DNA of 64,000 nucleotides from Eledone cirrhosa (lineage: Eukaryota): positions 198,400,001 to 198,464,000 of the forward strand of contig OZ024743.1 of assembly GCA_964016885.1 (NCBI GenBank). The letters run 5' to 3'. Shown one piece after another: positions 1 to 12,781 of this stretch (position 1 is its first letter; every line of letters begins with the position of its first letter). Below the pieces are notes generated by a model. The model was not told the DNA's origin. It made no database searches and was given only the letters and a program-made list of their open reading frames with translations. Made by a program: the position numbers and the translations under genes.

Positions 1-100
1 ATATATACATACACACACACGCACATATATATATATATATATATATATATAGTAATAATAATAAATGTGAAGACTAAAATCGGAAGAGGGCTCGATAAGG

Positions 101-213
<113 letters not shown>

Positions 214-334
214 GAGAAATAAGATATCGCTGCAAGCATAGGTTTATACAATATGTATAGAAATTTCGTATTTCTAAAGAAATACTATTTTAGAAAGCGT
301 AGCTATGCAAACACCGGGGAGGGGAGGGGGGGGG

Positions 335-1020
335 GGGGCTAACGCCCTCTGGTGGTGTCCAGCAGAAGCAAGGGGGACAACCGTCTATGCATTTCAGGCT
401 TGACTGGCTTTCGTCAGGACGGTCCCTCCCACCGCTGGCTACTTCTGGACTTGAAAACAGTCGAGAATATATAGTTTTCCCGTCTGTGTAAATGAGGTGA
501 TTAATCTCATTTGCATATGAAGCTGCATAAGTTGGCTCATGAGAGCTTGCGCCTCCTGTTATTAGTGACTGATTGTGGTTTCCAAAGCACTAACGGGGAC
601 ACAGCCTCGTAGGTGGCACGACGGCAGTGGCCAGCAAATCTTACTCTGCTCTTATATACAACGACAGATATGCGTGGGAGGCCGGCATTAGTCATTTATA
701 ATTAGTCGTTTAGTTTACGTACTGAAGAATATGATTAATGTCGTGAATGTGGCTGGCGAGGTCTGCGAGAAAGGGAGCGAGGTGGGTGTTAAGGTATAGA
801 GAGATTATTCCAGTTGCAAGCGTTAAATGATAGAATGGCCAGGATAAATACGTTTATGTAATCTTAGGGAGGAAGTAGAATTTGAGAGTGCAAGGTGTGC
901 GTACTATAATGACTGTAGCAGTGAAGGGAGGTGTAAACCTTCTTTTATATCCACTCACTTCCTACCCAGGCATAGAGGCTTACCCTGATTTGTGGTCTCG
1001 CCGGTCTCAGCTTTCCAAAC
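335..1020 (-). mobile_element. Degenerate, internally deleted Penelope-like retroelement (RT fragment, GIY-YIG remnant, hammerhead-bearing end)
   Basis: The minus strand at ~880-715 reads FYFLPKI/HKRIYPGHSI (frameshift)...ATGIISLYLNTHLAPFLADLASHIHDINHILQ, matching the PLE RT motifs FYxLPKIHK and SxIxDTxxFL. LYIR..RFAGH at ~665-627 resembles YIG...RFxEH. A hammerhead lies at 380-423 and (TA)n flanks the right end. Confidence 0.75.
380..423 (-). ncRNA. Minimal type I hammerhead ribozyme
   Basis: Minus strand: ACCGTC-CTGACGA-AAGC cagtcaa GCCT-GAAAT GC ATA^GACGGT. Helix I is 6 bp, the core is intact, and helix III is palindromic (ATGCAT) with an AUA site. Confidence 0.85.
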
Positions 1021-1251
1021 TTTATATATATATATATATATATATACAATGTGGTCTACCATTCGTGGTAGTAGGGTCTATAGCGTAGTTGAATCTCAAC
1101 ACAATCTGTTAGCAAAGAAGACGACATGATCCCATCCATATACTATGTCTGATAGTATAGAGTTCTCTAACTGTTATAGATCAGTCAATATAGCAATGAA
1201 TGCAATATGTAAAATAACTTAACTTTGTTATCATTGTAAAACTAATATGTA

Positions 1252-1345
<94 letters not shown>

Positions 1346-1349
<4 letters not shown>

Positions 1350-1857
1350 ATACTTTGGGAGGGTCATGTTGCCAATAAGAAACACACGCACCAGTTGCTT
1401 TCACTTCAATTTATTATATATTTATAAATTTATAAATTTACAAATCTACAAACTTATAAATTTATGGTTGGTTGGTTGGTTCCACAACCAGATAGTTGTT
1501 TATATATAGTCATAGTCCTTTCGTCACACACTCTGTGACCTCTTCAGTGACTGGGGATTCCTTTCTTTGTTTCTGTGCCTTTCCTTTCTTCTGTCCTACG
1601 CCATTTTGTTTCTGTGTGTGTGTTGTGTGCTCAGTTAGCGCATGCGCCACATCCGGGTGTCTGTGTGTGTTTGTGTTCATTTATCTATTTGTTTATTTAT
1701 TTATTTATTTATTTCCATGTTGTTGGTTGGTTATTTGTTCTATGTGTGTGTGTGTTTTCATTTTGTCCTTAATTGTAAGTTGTGATGTTGCTGTTCCACT
1801 CATATTTTCTATTTAATTTTGGTTGTAATTCTTTTATGCTTACTGCCTCTGTAATTT
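1346..1857 (-). mobile_element. 3' end / pseudo-LTR fragment of the PLE family ending ...ATGACCCTCCCMAARTATAACAA(TA)n
   Basis: The terminus is shared with copies at 7934-7956, 18385-18407, 37501 and 37955-37977. It contains a hammerhead at 1508-1552 and is flanked by (TA)n on both sides. Confidence 0.75.
1508..1552 (-). ncRNA. Minimal type I hammerhead ribozyme
   Basis: Minus strand: AGTCA-CTGAAGA-G-GTCACA gagtg TGTGAC-GAAAG GA CTA^TGACT. Helix I is 5 bp and helix II is 6 bp. Confidence 0.85.
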
Positions 1858-2012
<155 letters not shown>

Positions 2013-2037
2013 TTATATATATATATATTTATATATA

Positions 2038-2199
<162 letters not shown>

Positions 2200-2325
2200 G
2201 TAGGAGGTGAGTTTTATTGTAGTACAATAAATCAATGCAGATATCGGATAAGAAGCACTCTACAGTTTGTAGGACTGGAGTATACATAATATATAAGATC
2301 AAAAGATGGTTAAAAGAGTTCCATG

Positions 2326-2396
2326 TATTTTATTATGCGCATTTCAAAAACAAATATCATCATGCAATAATATTTGTGTTTTCATCAGATAAAATA
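2326..2396 (-). ncRNA. Type I hammerhead ribozyme with long helix II (left-arm copy)
   Basis: Minus strand: TATTTTAT-CTGATGA-[36-nt hairpin AAACACAAATAT...ATATTTGTTTTT]-GAAAT GCGC ATA^ATAAAATA. Helix I is a perfect 8 bp. Confidence 0.85.
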
Positions 2397-2754
2397 GGAA
2401 GACATGATATGAAGGTTAAAAAACACTTGTGAATAGTGCAGTTTTAAATCAGCATATGAAAAGTAGTATTAGATTGATGTGTGATATTGGGGAAAAAAAT
2501 GTTGAGGGGGGGTGGGGGTGGAAAGGATGAATAAGAGGAGGAGATGAGAGTAAAAAGTGGAGGGGGAGGAGTATAATGAGGAAGGATGAGATAGGAGGAG
2601 AGATGGGTGATAGAGAGAAAGAGATAGCTTTTATAACTGAGAAAATATATAGATTTACATAGAGAGATTGAAAAACCGTTGGAAGATAATGTATAAATTA
2701 AAAGAATTTGAAAATTAACGAAGAGAAAAAAATAATGTAAAGTTAAGGTTTGTA

Positions 2755-2930
2755 TATTGAAGGGTTTAATAATATGTGCGATGAAAAAGAAAATCTTAAT
2801 ATGTATTAAGAATAATATTTAAGGGTTTAATAATATGTGCGATGGAAAGAAAATGTTAATATGTATTAAGAATAATATTGAAGGGTTTAATAATATGTGC
2901 GATGGAAAGAAAATGTTGATATGTATTATT
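2755..2930. repeat. ~60-bp tandem repeat, three units, inside the left pLTR arm
   Basis: Unit TATTGAAGGGTTTAATAATATGTGCGATGGAAAGAAAATGTTAATATGTATTAAGAATAA. The mirror arm (~4058-4172) has only two units. Confidence 0.9.
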
Positions 2931-3364
2931 AAAAAAAACAACAAGTAATGTAAGTAAGGATATATTGTGAGATGAACATGAGTAAGTTAGATGAAAGGGA
3001 GAAAAAATAATGAATTGAGGATGAATAATCTAACGTAAAATAAAAATGTTTATGTTTACGAAGGATTTTTTCAAGGTGATATGAAGTAAGAATATATTGT
3101 ATTGTGTAATAATTATTTCAATGTTAGGCACAGTGAGAAAAGGTACAGATTAGGGGTTAGAAATTAAAAGAATAAGAAAAGAAAAGGAAAAGGAAGAAAG
3201 GGAAGTGATAAATAGGAGTGATATAGAATGAGTAACAAGTATTATATAATGTATAATAAATAACCTTGAAATAAGGTAGAAAGATGGGTATAATTTTAAA
3301 GAAGTATATATATATATATATGTGCCTTTGAGAAAAGGATTCTAAATTGATAAAGTATTGGATA

Positions 3365-3645
3365 TTAGCTGTAGACTTTATGGAATGTTCTGTGGAATTT
3401 ATGCAAGCAGAGAGAAAACAAGTCAGTGCGTCTATTTATTATAGAATCTAAATTAGATATAATGGTAAATTTTTCATTTAGATAGAGATTGCAAGTCTTG
3501 GATTGAGAACTGTTCAAGTATGGCGAAGCAGAAGAAACCTTTTTCCAAGTGATGTTATATTTAATATGTTTGTCTTTCAAGGACCATATGAGTTCTCAGA
3601 GAGCCGTGTTGGTTCTTTTAAGTTGGTATTTAAAAGACGAATGAT
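3365..3645 (-). pseudogene. PLE GIY-YIG endonuclease C-terminal remnant (Nematis-like)
   Basis: ..ELIWSLKDKHIKYNITWKKVSSASPY..CNLYLNEKFTII..INRRTDLFSLCLH. It aligns by eye with the ORFs at 40232-40528 and 46674-47324. Confidence 0.85.
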
Positions 3646-4525
3646 GAATCCTTTTCTCAAAGGCACATATATATATATATACTTCTTTAAAAATATACCC
3701 ATCTTTCTACCTTATTTCAAAGTTATTTATTATACATTATATAATACTTGTTACTCATTCTATATCACTCCTATTTATCACTTCCCTTTCTTCCTTTTCC
3801 TTTTCTTTTCTTTTTCTTTTAATTTCTAACCCCTAATCTGTACCTTTTCTCACTGTGCCTAACATTGAAACAATTATTACACAATACAATATATTCTTAC
3901 TTTATATCACCTTGAAAAATTCCTTCGTAAACATAAACATTTTTTTTGACGTTAGATTATTCATCCTCAATTCATTATTTTTTTCTCCCTTTCATCTAAC
4001 TTACTCATGCTCATCTCACAATATATCCTTACTTACATTACTTGTTGTTTTTTTCAATAATACATATCAACATTTTCTTTCCATCGCACATATTATTAAA
4101 CCCTTAAATATTATTCTTAATACATATTAACATTTTCTTTTTCATCGCACATATTATTAAACCCTTCAATATACAAACCTTAACTTTACATTATTTTTTT
4201 CTCTTCGTTAATTTTCAAATTCTTTTAATTTATACATTATCTTCCAACGGTTTTTCAACCTCTCTATGTAAAACAATATATTTTTCTCAGTTATAAAAGC
4301 TATCTCTCTTTCTCTATCAGCCATCTCTCCTCCTATCTCATCCTTCCTCATTATACTCCCCCCCTCCACTTTTTACTCTCATCTCCTCCTCTTTTCATCC
4401 TTTCCAGCCCCCCCCCCCCCATTTTTTTTTCCCAATACCACACATCAATCTAATACTACTTTTCATATGTTAATTTAAAACTGCACTATTCACAAGTGTT
4501 TTTTAACCTTCATATCATGTCTTCC

Positions 4526-4596
4526 TATTTTATCTGATGAAAACACAAATATTATTGCATGATGATATTTGATTTTGAAATGCGCATAATAAAATA
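4526..4596 (+). ncRNA. Type I hammerhead ribozyme with long helix II (right-arm copy)
   Basis: TATTTTAT(4526)-CTGATGA(4534)-helix II-GAAA(4577)T GCGC ATA^ATAAAATA. Confidence 0.85.
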
Positions 4597-4626
4597 CATG
4601 GAACTATTTTAACCATCTTTGGATCT

Positions 4627-4660
<34 letters not shown>

Positions 4661-4676
4661 TATATGTGTGTGTATG

Positions 4677-4918
4677 TGTTGTAGTAATGACAGAATCTGT
4701 CATTACTACAACAGAGATCCGACGAGCTTTTGATTCCAGAGCCGGGACAGATCGATATAGATAGAACATTGAGCTGATCAATAGCGAAACGCGCGTCACC
4801 TGTCAATAAACGTAATGAAGGATTAACAAATCGTCATTGTTTTATTATATTACATCTGTGGAGCTCTACACCTCCATACTGACGTGAACCTACAGTGTCT
4901 TCACGTTAAACTCCCTGG

Positions 4919-4920
<2 letters not shown>
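4677..4920 (+). mobile_element. PLE terminal fragment with a hammerhead-like fold (core CCGACGA) and a 5' 18-bp fold-back hairpin
   Basis: CCGACGA(4719)-GCTTTTGAT...ATCAATAGC-GAAAC GCGC GTC. Homologous to 21525-21757 and 43285-43520, and ends in (TA)n. Confidence 0.7.
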
Positions 4921-4976
<56 letters not shown>

Positions 4977-5338
4977 ATATACATATATATACATATATAT
5001 ATATACGAGATGTATATATATATATGTGTGTGTGTGTGAGGGGGGGGGGGGGTTTCGCGTATGTGCATGTTTCTGTGTATGTATTTATATATTCATATTC
5101 TCTTTTATTAGGTATATAGAAATATACTTTGTCATCTACACATACGTGATTATGTTTTTCTAAGAAACGAAAGACAGTTAATCTTCTCTTTCTTAGTTAC
5201 CTTCTAACATTTCTAGACATTTGGTATATATATACATACATATACATATATACATACATATATACATATATACATACATGTAACTTACATATGTACATAC
5301 ATACATACATACATACATACATACATACATACATACAA

Positions 5339-5369
<31 letters not shown>

Positions 5370-6399
5370 TGTGTCTATTGTGTGTGATGAGTGTGCATAA
5401 ACGCATATACACACCTACCCCACCACCACCACCTCATATATGTGTCATTGTGCGTTCGTATGTATGTGTGTTTTGTTATTTGTCCTCTTTAAATCTCTTC
5501 AGCTTTGTCGTTTGGTCTTTGTTGACAGAACTATTTTGTACTAATTGTTGTTATGGTTTGTTTAGAAATATTTCCATGTACTTGGCGTTACAAACACTCC
5601 CAGAAGTACACCCTACCTGACAACAACAACAACACAAAAACCCTCAACTAACTAGATAAATAAAGCATTTGAATAGGCAAATAAATAACAATGTTTATTC
5701 GATGTGAAGTAAAAGTTTGCTTTTTTTAAATCATGCTACAAGAAACATGATGTACCTGGGTGGATATAGTGTGTTTTATTCATTTGAGCAAACAAAAAAA
5801 CCTGAAAACAATGGAATTATGACAACACAAATCTATTGTGGTGAAACCTAGACGCCACACCAAGAGATTATGATTTAAATATGGTAATTCAATGGTGCAA
5901 CAAAATACATTTTTTCTCCGTTTTACTATAATAGATTTGGCAACAATTGGAAGGCGAAATTATATAGGGAATTGATAGGATTTATTATAGCCGTTACTTA
6001 GAGAAAATAATGAATAGTTTTGGAGAACGTTGTGCAAATAAATCTTAATTCTTATTCTGAAGACATCATTGACAGATATCTTATTCATATCACTCTTATT
6101 GAATGGTGAAAGAAATCTTTTTGACAACTTGGTATCCACAAGCTAGAAACGGAGAACATTATCTTATAATTCTAATGTAGTTGAGTTAACTTAATTCTGG
6201 AATAATTTTACGGATCAAAAAGTAGTACTAGGTGATAAGTGATATCTAGTATACGAAACAAGCCTAGAAAAGTATTAAAAAAACTATCTTCTGCAATTTT
6301 TTGTCTTTATAACATTTTTTTTAACTTACTAATATAAGAGCGCATGTATGTATACAAAAGTGGTTTTTACTTTGATCTCGTTGTGTACATCAATCATTT

Positions 6400-6570
6400 G
6401 GAAAAGAGAGTTACAGCTGATTGCTGATAAAGTTATAATATAAGATAAATGTTGTAAAGTTTTCGGATAATATCTAATTAAGCTTTGAGATATATACATA
6501 TAGATTAAGACAGGAATACTGTTTAAAATAGCCGATAGAAAAACTAAGCTATCATACAATCTTTTTATAG
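6400..6570 (+). pseudogene. Possible highly decayed hAT transposase C-terminal (dimerisation) remnant
   Basis: ~6512 reads RNTV*NSR*KN*AIIQ, resembling LRNTMxxxRLxNLAIL with stops at the Leu positions. A hAT-like end lies at ~7572. Weak. Confidence 0.25.
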
Positions 6571-6919
6571 AGTATGGTTGTGAAAATGTTACATTGGATA
6601 GTTACCATAATAGAAAATATACATTAACTCATTGAATTATTGATTGAATAAAATGAAATTCAAAGTTAATTTCACTTACGTTGATGAAATAACAATCAAA
6701 TTAAGATGTTCACTTATAGACTCAGGTATGTTCTTGCAATCATGGCACGAAACACATAATTTCGACAAAATTAATTATACAGCTGGTAGAAACCTCGCCT
6801 TCAAAAACGTGGGCCCATATTTTTATGCTAGAAAACGTTACGTGCGGCATGTTCTAAGTTCAAATCTCGCTTATTATGATTTTGCCATACATCATTCGGC
6901 TTCTATAAAGTGATTACAA

Positions 6920-6969
<50 letters not shown>

Positions 6970-6988
6970 CCACACACTCACACCCACA

Positions 6989-7038
<50 letters not shown>

Positions 7039-7070
7039 TACACACGTACACATAAATATAGATGTATATG

Positions 7071-7105
<35 letters not shown>

Positions 7106-7267
7106 AGGTTCCCCAGTTGTGTCGAGGTGTAACCGCAGTTAAAACGTTACTCAACACCTTTGTAGAGTACAGGCATTTCTATTATATATAGAAATGGCTT
7201 AAACAGTACTAGAACTGATTAATTCGTTTCGTAGTCCTCTCTTTCTCTGTCTCTCTTCCTCTCTCTG

Positions 7268-7300
<33 letters not shown>

Positions 7301-7324
7301 GTGTGTGTGTTTGTGTATGTATCT

Positions 7325-7573
7325 GGGGTCTGGGGCACTTCAGGTTTGGAGGGGCCCTCATGGACAAAATATTTTGTACACAGCAAGCCCTCAATTTTAC
7401 ATACCGAAGTCAGTTAAGCGCAAGTAATTGAAATTGATAAATTATACATACAGGTATTACATTTAAAAATTCTAACCGTCGTTAAACTAAAAAGCTCAGT
7501 GAGGCCACAAATACTTGCTACCTCCAACGGTAGTGGGGTTCCACACTGCAGGGACCCATTAAATCCGGCCCAG
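7325..7573. mobile_element. hAT-like DNA transposon end remnant
   Basis: Ends in TAAATCCGGCCCAG, close to the reverse complement of the CAGGGCCGGATTTA-type TIR, with GGGGCCC-like subterminal motifs. The other TIR was not found. Confidence 0.4.
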
Positions 7574-7714
7574 ATGGTGAGTAATAATATTTGTTGTTGT
7601 TTATACCTATGTTAAGACTTATTAATTAAGCTTAGGACAAGCTTCATAATATATTAGTAAACTAGGGTGATAATATGTATTGTCATTTAGACCTTAGTAA
7701 ATAGCGGCGATGTA

Positions 7715-7956
7715 GAAACACTATAATCACTGATGATGTCACAAATACCCGTTACGAAAGAACTCTGAGAAACTATATTTATATCTATATTTTTAACTGT
7801 TGACCAATCATTGAAAAACATTGATTGCCAGCTAAATTATTTACAGAAATATTAAGATATACTGTAGCGAAAGCCAAACCAAGAAAAACAATGAATGTGT
7901 TTTACTATATTTTTCTTGTAATATGTGAAAAACATGACCCTCCCCAAATATAACAA
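7715..7956 (+). mobile_element. PLE 3' end fragment (TATAACAA-terminus family)
   Basis: Homologous to 18170-18407 and 37730-37977. Ends in ATGACCCTCCCCAAATATAACAA. Confidence 0.75.
7727..7768 (+). ncRNA. Minimal type I hammerhead ribozyme
   Basis: TCA-CTGATGA-T-GTCAC aaataccc GTTAC-GAAAG AA CTC^TGA. Confidence 0.75.
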
Positions 7957-8032
7957 TACCTTAGTAGATACGTTGTTGGAAATGTGTATATTCAAAGATA
8001 TTGTAGTGGTTAAACTTCCGTTCTCTTATTAT

Positions 8033-8113
8033 TCCAGTGTATTACTGGTACCTTATTTTATCGACCCCGTAAGGATGAAAGGCAAAGTTAACCTCGGCAG
8101 GATTTGAACTCAG
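8033..8113 (-). mobile_element. tRNA-derived SINE family A, partial
   Basis: Reverse-complement match to the B-box and central part of 20185-20375. Confidence 0.85.
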
Positions 8114-9302
8114 ATTAATGGAGATGATATTGGTTGCTGTGTGGTTATTGTAGAAGAGTTGGCGATGATGATGTTTGTGATGGCGTGAGCGACACGATAA
8201 TAGTGATGTCAGCTACAATTTCAAAATGGCCGGCAGACTTTAGGAATTAGTTTCATAATAAATATATCAAATTAAGAAATGGAGTTGGGCTAGTCGAGTA
8301 TTCAGTAAAAGAACAACTAGAAACTGGAGGAATGAGTATGATGAATGGTAAGGGTTAGTGGGGGCTGAGTTGTAAATATCTCAATAAAATATACTCGTTG
8401 TTAGATAAGAATGAGGAAAATATATAGAAAGATAGATTGGTAGACAAAGGTCATTGAGAGGCAGGAAATATCAACAAAATGGAAGTGGTGAACTATAGCG
8501 GAAGAGAAGGGGAGAGAGAGAGGGGTAAATAAGGATAAAGACAGAGGGTGAAGGTGTGTTTATGAGTGTATGTTTGTGTATGTGTGTATGAAAGCAGTGA
8601 AAACTAGAATGAGATATTCTGTATGTCTGTGACCCACAGACAACGGGTGGTTGGTGCCACAGATGCCAAAACCACTTTGTTTGTTCCTTGTTGATAGAGA
8701 CAGGACGTATAAACCGGTTAAGAAGTGAAACGGGTGAAATGGTGAGACGTGGGGAGAGAGAGGGAGAGAGAGGGAGAGAGAGATAGAGAGAGAGAGAGAG
8801 GGAGAGAGAGAGAGAGAGAGTGTGTGTGTGTGTGTATGTGTGTGTATGTGTGATAGAGCGAACTGGTTGTTTGACGGAAGTAGGATGAAAAGGGGAAGGT
8901 GATTGTTACGACAAGATAGCAAACTACTTGTGCCTTAAGAGAATAGCAGACTTTTCTGACATCTCTAGAATATAAATAATAACTCCGACCACACCTCTAT
9001 CTGGATGACATATGGTGATGGCTACTGTGACAAATAACAGTAGAATATCCACCCTGATAAACTAATCAAACCTTCAAGCACGTATATATTATATATTTAC
9101 CTTACATGTATTTCTATTGACACAAACACACACTCACATACACACACACACACACACATACATACACATACACACATATACACTCACACACACATACATA
9201 CGCATGCATACACAGACATGTTGGGCGAACAGGAGAAAGAAAGAGAAAGGGAAAAATCAAAGATTAAATATAAACTACACCATATATACATACACTTTCC
9301 CC

Positions 9303-9355
<53 letters not shown>

Positions 9356-9477
9356 GACACACATAGATGCATACTCTAATAGCTTACTGACATAAACAAA
9401 TTCAGACAGACACACATATACGTATTGTGTGTATGTGTCGGTATATATACAATACTAGCGTGGTGTCCTATATACAG

Positions 9478-9665
9478 ATAATTGTTTCTACTTTTGGCAC
9501 AAGGCCAGCAATAACCAGTACATTACTGGTACTTTATTTCATCGACCCCGTAATGATGAAAGGCAAAGTTAACCTCCGCGGGATTTGAACTCAGACCGTA
9601 AAGGGCCGTAACTCTTTGCTGTAAAGCATAGCGTCCGACTCGCTACCAATACTGCCAATCTACCA
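9478..9665 (-). mobile_element. tRNA-derived SINE family A
   Basis: Near full-length reverse-complement match to 20185-20375. Confidence 0.9.
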
Positions 9666-10094
9666 TACAGATAATGTTTGACATTAACGTTACTTGAGTA
9701 TTGTGGGTTCCCTATTATTGCTCAATTCAGCCGTATTATCATTCGTCTGTTTCTCAAAACTTGAACTATGGAAGGACATATGTCTCAAATCACGGTGTCA
9801 CTCTAAGATGTAATGTAAGGACTATTGCTATCTTTCTTTTCTTCGATCCAAATCATAAACCAGATTAAGGAAAAGTAAATCTTCAATGCCAAAATGCGTT
9901 CATCATATTTCATGGTGGTATAGTTTGATATGAGGGAATTTGGCTGCTATTTTAGCAGGCGAAAGACTTTTGTTTGTATTGAAAGAAACGCTACATAAAC
10001 TAAACTACATGAAATAAATCAATATAGTTCGGGCAATTCTGTGGCAAATAACTGTTTGTTCACAGCTGTTCTGAAATTAAATACTCCCACAAGT

Positions 10095-10215
10095 GAAAGT
10101 GCATGGTCTACTGGATTGGTTGTTGGACGCACCAGGTTGTTGAACGCATAAACATAGGGACGGGGATTCAATTCCTGGCCAAGGCAGTCTTGAGTAAGAT
10201 GCTTTATTTTATGTT
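10095..10215 (+). mobile_element. Decayed CORE-type SINE (family B)
   Basis: GGATTCAATTCC B-box-like motif followed by TCTTGAGTAAGATGCTTTATTTTATG, similar to 41928-42050. Confidence 0.5.
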
Positions 10216-10923
10216 GTTTTTCATGATATGACTGGAATCTTTTTTTAAATCATGCACTTTCTGTGAAATATATCTTCGTAGAAGGACAACTAACCCTTCA
10301 TAGAAATAAACTTTAAATGTTATAATTCACTATGAATATTTACTGCAAGCCAGCTACGCGTAGCTTATTTAGAGACTCGACCTGAATACATATAGATAGA
10401 TCTCTTCAAATCACATACCAACCTCTTAAACGAATGAAAGGACATTAAACATCGTAGTTACGTAATGCTTCTAAAAATATCGGATGAGCATGTCTTGCTT
10501 GCCGTTCATTATAGGTGTGCTCGATTTGGGATGAACATCAACAACAATAAGTGTAAAGCTCTGTTAAAGTCGTTCAAGATAAGTTAATACCAACTACATT
10601 ATTTTAACTATTTATATATTTAATTATATCCTGTATATTTTATAGTAATTAAGAAAAATAGCGTCGTTGATTACAAGTTTACAATTAGCCAATGATAGGG
10701 TAACTATATACAAACACGCCCTTGTTACTGGTGAGTGTAAGAAGGAGAATTTGTAATTCAAGCATAAATGTATACACAGTAGACTTTTGTTTGAAGCATT
10801 GATAATTTCACTACAACTTTCCCCCCACACATAAAAACCGAAATTCTCTCTCCCTCCCTCTCTTTCCCTCTATTTCACTCCCTCATCACACATTAACACA
10901 CATTAACACACAAACTCCCACAA

Positions 10924-10963
<40 letters not shown>

Positions 10964-10969
10964 TTGTGG

Positions 10970-11022
10970 GAGCTTCCTGAGGATTTCTCACGAATGAAAC
11001 AGTTCTAGTCCTGTAGAAGCTC
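10970..11022 (+). ncRNA. Type I hammerhead ribozyme with a stable helix III, in a ~140-bp non-coding element (10960-11100)
   Basis: GAGCTTC-CTGAGGA-TTTC tcac GAAT-GAA ACAG ttctagtc CTGT A^GAAGCTC. Helix I is 7 bp, helix III is 4 bp, the site is GUA, and the closing pair of helix II is mismatched. Confidence 0.8.
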
Positions 11023-11198
11023 TTCTATATTAAAACTTTTATACTCTGCTATGTATTGAGAACCTTACTTACTGTGGTTACCACTGATTCAACCCGAAAT
11101 ATATATATATGTAAAAGGTAAACAGAGATAACAACACAATCGGTACAGTTTATGGAAGGTTTATATTAGGTTAACGCTTGAAATAGCTGGAAGAGGGG

Positions 11199-11232
11199 CT
11201 TAACGTTTCGGACACTAGTCCTTCTTCAGAAG
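11199..11232 (-). ncRNA. Canonical minimal PLE hammerhead
   Basis: Minus strand: CTT-CTGAAGA-A-GGAC tagt GTCC-GAAAC GTT^AAG. Helix III is a loopless palindrome, typical of PLE hammerheads. Confidence 0.85.
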
Positions 11233-11448
11233 AAAGAATGAGAAATAAAATAGATTGAGGGGACGGGCGGGATGGAATTAGATAAAAATAACAGGTCCAT
11301 TCATGTTGACATCTCTTGCAAACTGTTGGTGCTGACGTTTTGTGTATGATTTGTTATTTAGAAAAGTGGATGATGGCGCGCGTCTACGTGAAATGTAAAA
11401 AAAAACTGTTTTGTAAAAAGAGCTATACTTGAGCACGTGCGTAATCAT

Positions 11449-11598
<150 letters not shown>

Positions 11599-12420
11599 AT
11601 AGGTCCGTACGAAGCTAAGAAGAAATGCGTGCGTATTATGTGAATAAAAGAGTGTGTGTACATGTAAGTACGAAGCTATGAGCAAAAGTATGTTAATATA
11701 AGGGTGTGTATCGCATGTATTAGTAGTAAGAGAAGCTGCTAATATCAAGAGAAAGCGATAGGAATCTAAGGGTGTGATAATGGACGGCGTATTAGAGAAA
11801 TTGGGGAGGTGAGTTGAATTCAAGAGGGGAATAGGACCCAAGACGGTGAATCAGACTTTGTTCAGTCCTGGTGCGCGAGGCCTGTGGTCCATGATCTAAA
11901 AGGAAATGTAGGGAAGAAAGACCAGGAGAACAGAAATGACGGGCGACTGGAGTATCCAAACCGAGTCGTATGTCCCTCAAATCTTCGTCAAAAGGGTCCG
12001 CCATAGGGTCCTGTTTGTACGATATATAAAGACCCGCAAAGGGAACACCGGAGGGCATAGACAACGTGGGTGGATGTGCAGGTGAAGAAGTGGCGGATAC
12101 GGAAAGACCCGTTAGGGCCTGTAAGAGTGGTGAGGGTGGAAATAAAGGGACAAGTATTGCAGCGGGAACGGGAACAAGGATGATAGCCCGGTGGAGTCGT
12201 GGGAGAGAACGAAAAAGAACTGCGAACCAGGAGGTCGCGGAGGTTTCAGGCGCACTTAAAAGCAGTAATGGGTGGGTTTGGAAAAAAGCGAGAAGTGACG
12301 GGGTCAGAAGAGAGTATAGGGAAGGGACGGAGGATATGTCGCCGGGGTGGTACGGTGTTGGGGTGGTAGGTCAGAGGCAAATGAACATGGGTGTTGATAT
12401 ATACATATGTACGTATATAT

Positions 12421-12452
<32 letters not shown>

Positions 12453-12587
12453 TTATATATATATATATATACGTGTGTGTGTGAGTGTGTGTGTGTGTGT
12501 GTGCATCACTCCGATTTTCGAGCCAAAAATCTAGAACATCATTTATTAAAGTTATATATCTATCTGACGTTCAGTCACGCCACCATA

Positions 12588-12780
12588 AATAATTGTTTCT
12601 ACTTTTAGCACAAGGCCAGCAATTACCTAGTACATTACTGGTACTTTATTTTATCGACACCGTACGGATGAAAGGCAAAGTTAACCTCGGCGGGATTTGA
12701 ACTCAGATCATAAAGGGACGTAACTATGCTGGAAAGCATGGCGTCCGACCCTCTACCGATACTGCCAATCCACCGCCCTT
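12588..12780 (-). mobile_element. tRNA-derived SINE family A
   Basis: Close reverse complement of 20185-20375. Confidence 0.92.
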
Positions 12781-12781
12781 A

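Larger units (their letters stand above)
2200..4632 (-). mobile_element. 5'-truncated PLE with ~1 kb inverted pseudo-LTR arms (2289-3342 and 3646-4632) and a one-sided tail (2200-2288)
   Basis: The arms are reverse complements with scattered differences. The spacer encodes a GIY-YIG C-terminus. Each arm has a hammerhead, and both ends abut (TA)n. Confidence 0.9.

Noticed and set aside
2755-2930. Regularly spaced repeats resembling a CRISPR array
   Set aside because: The units are contiguous tandem copies without unique spacers, in a eukaryotic context with no cas genes.
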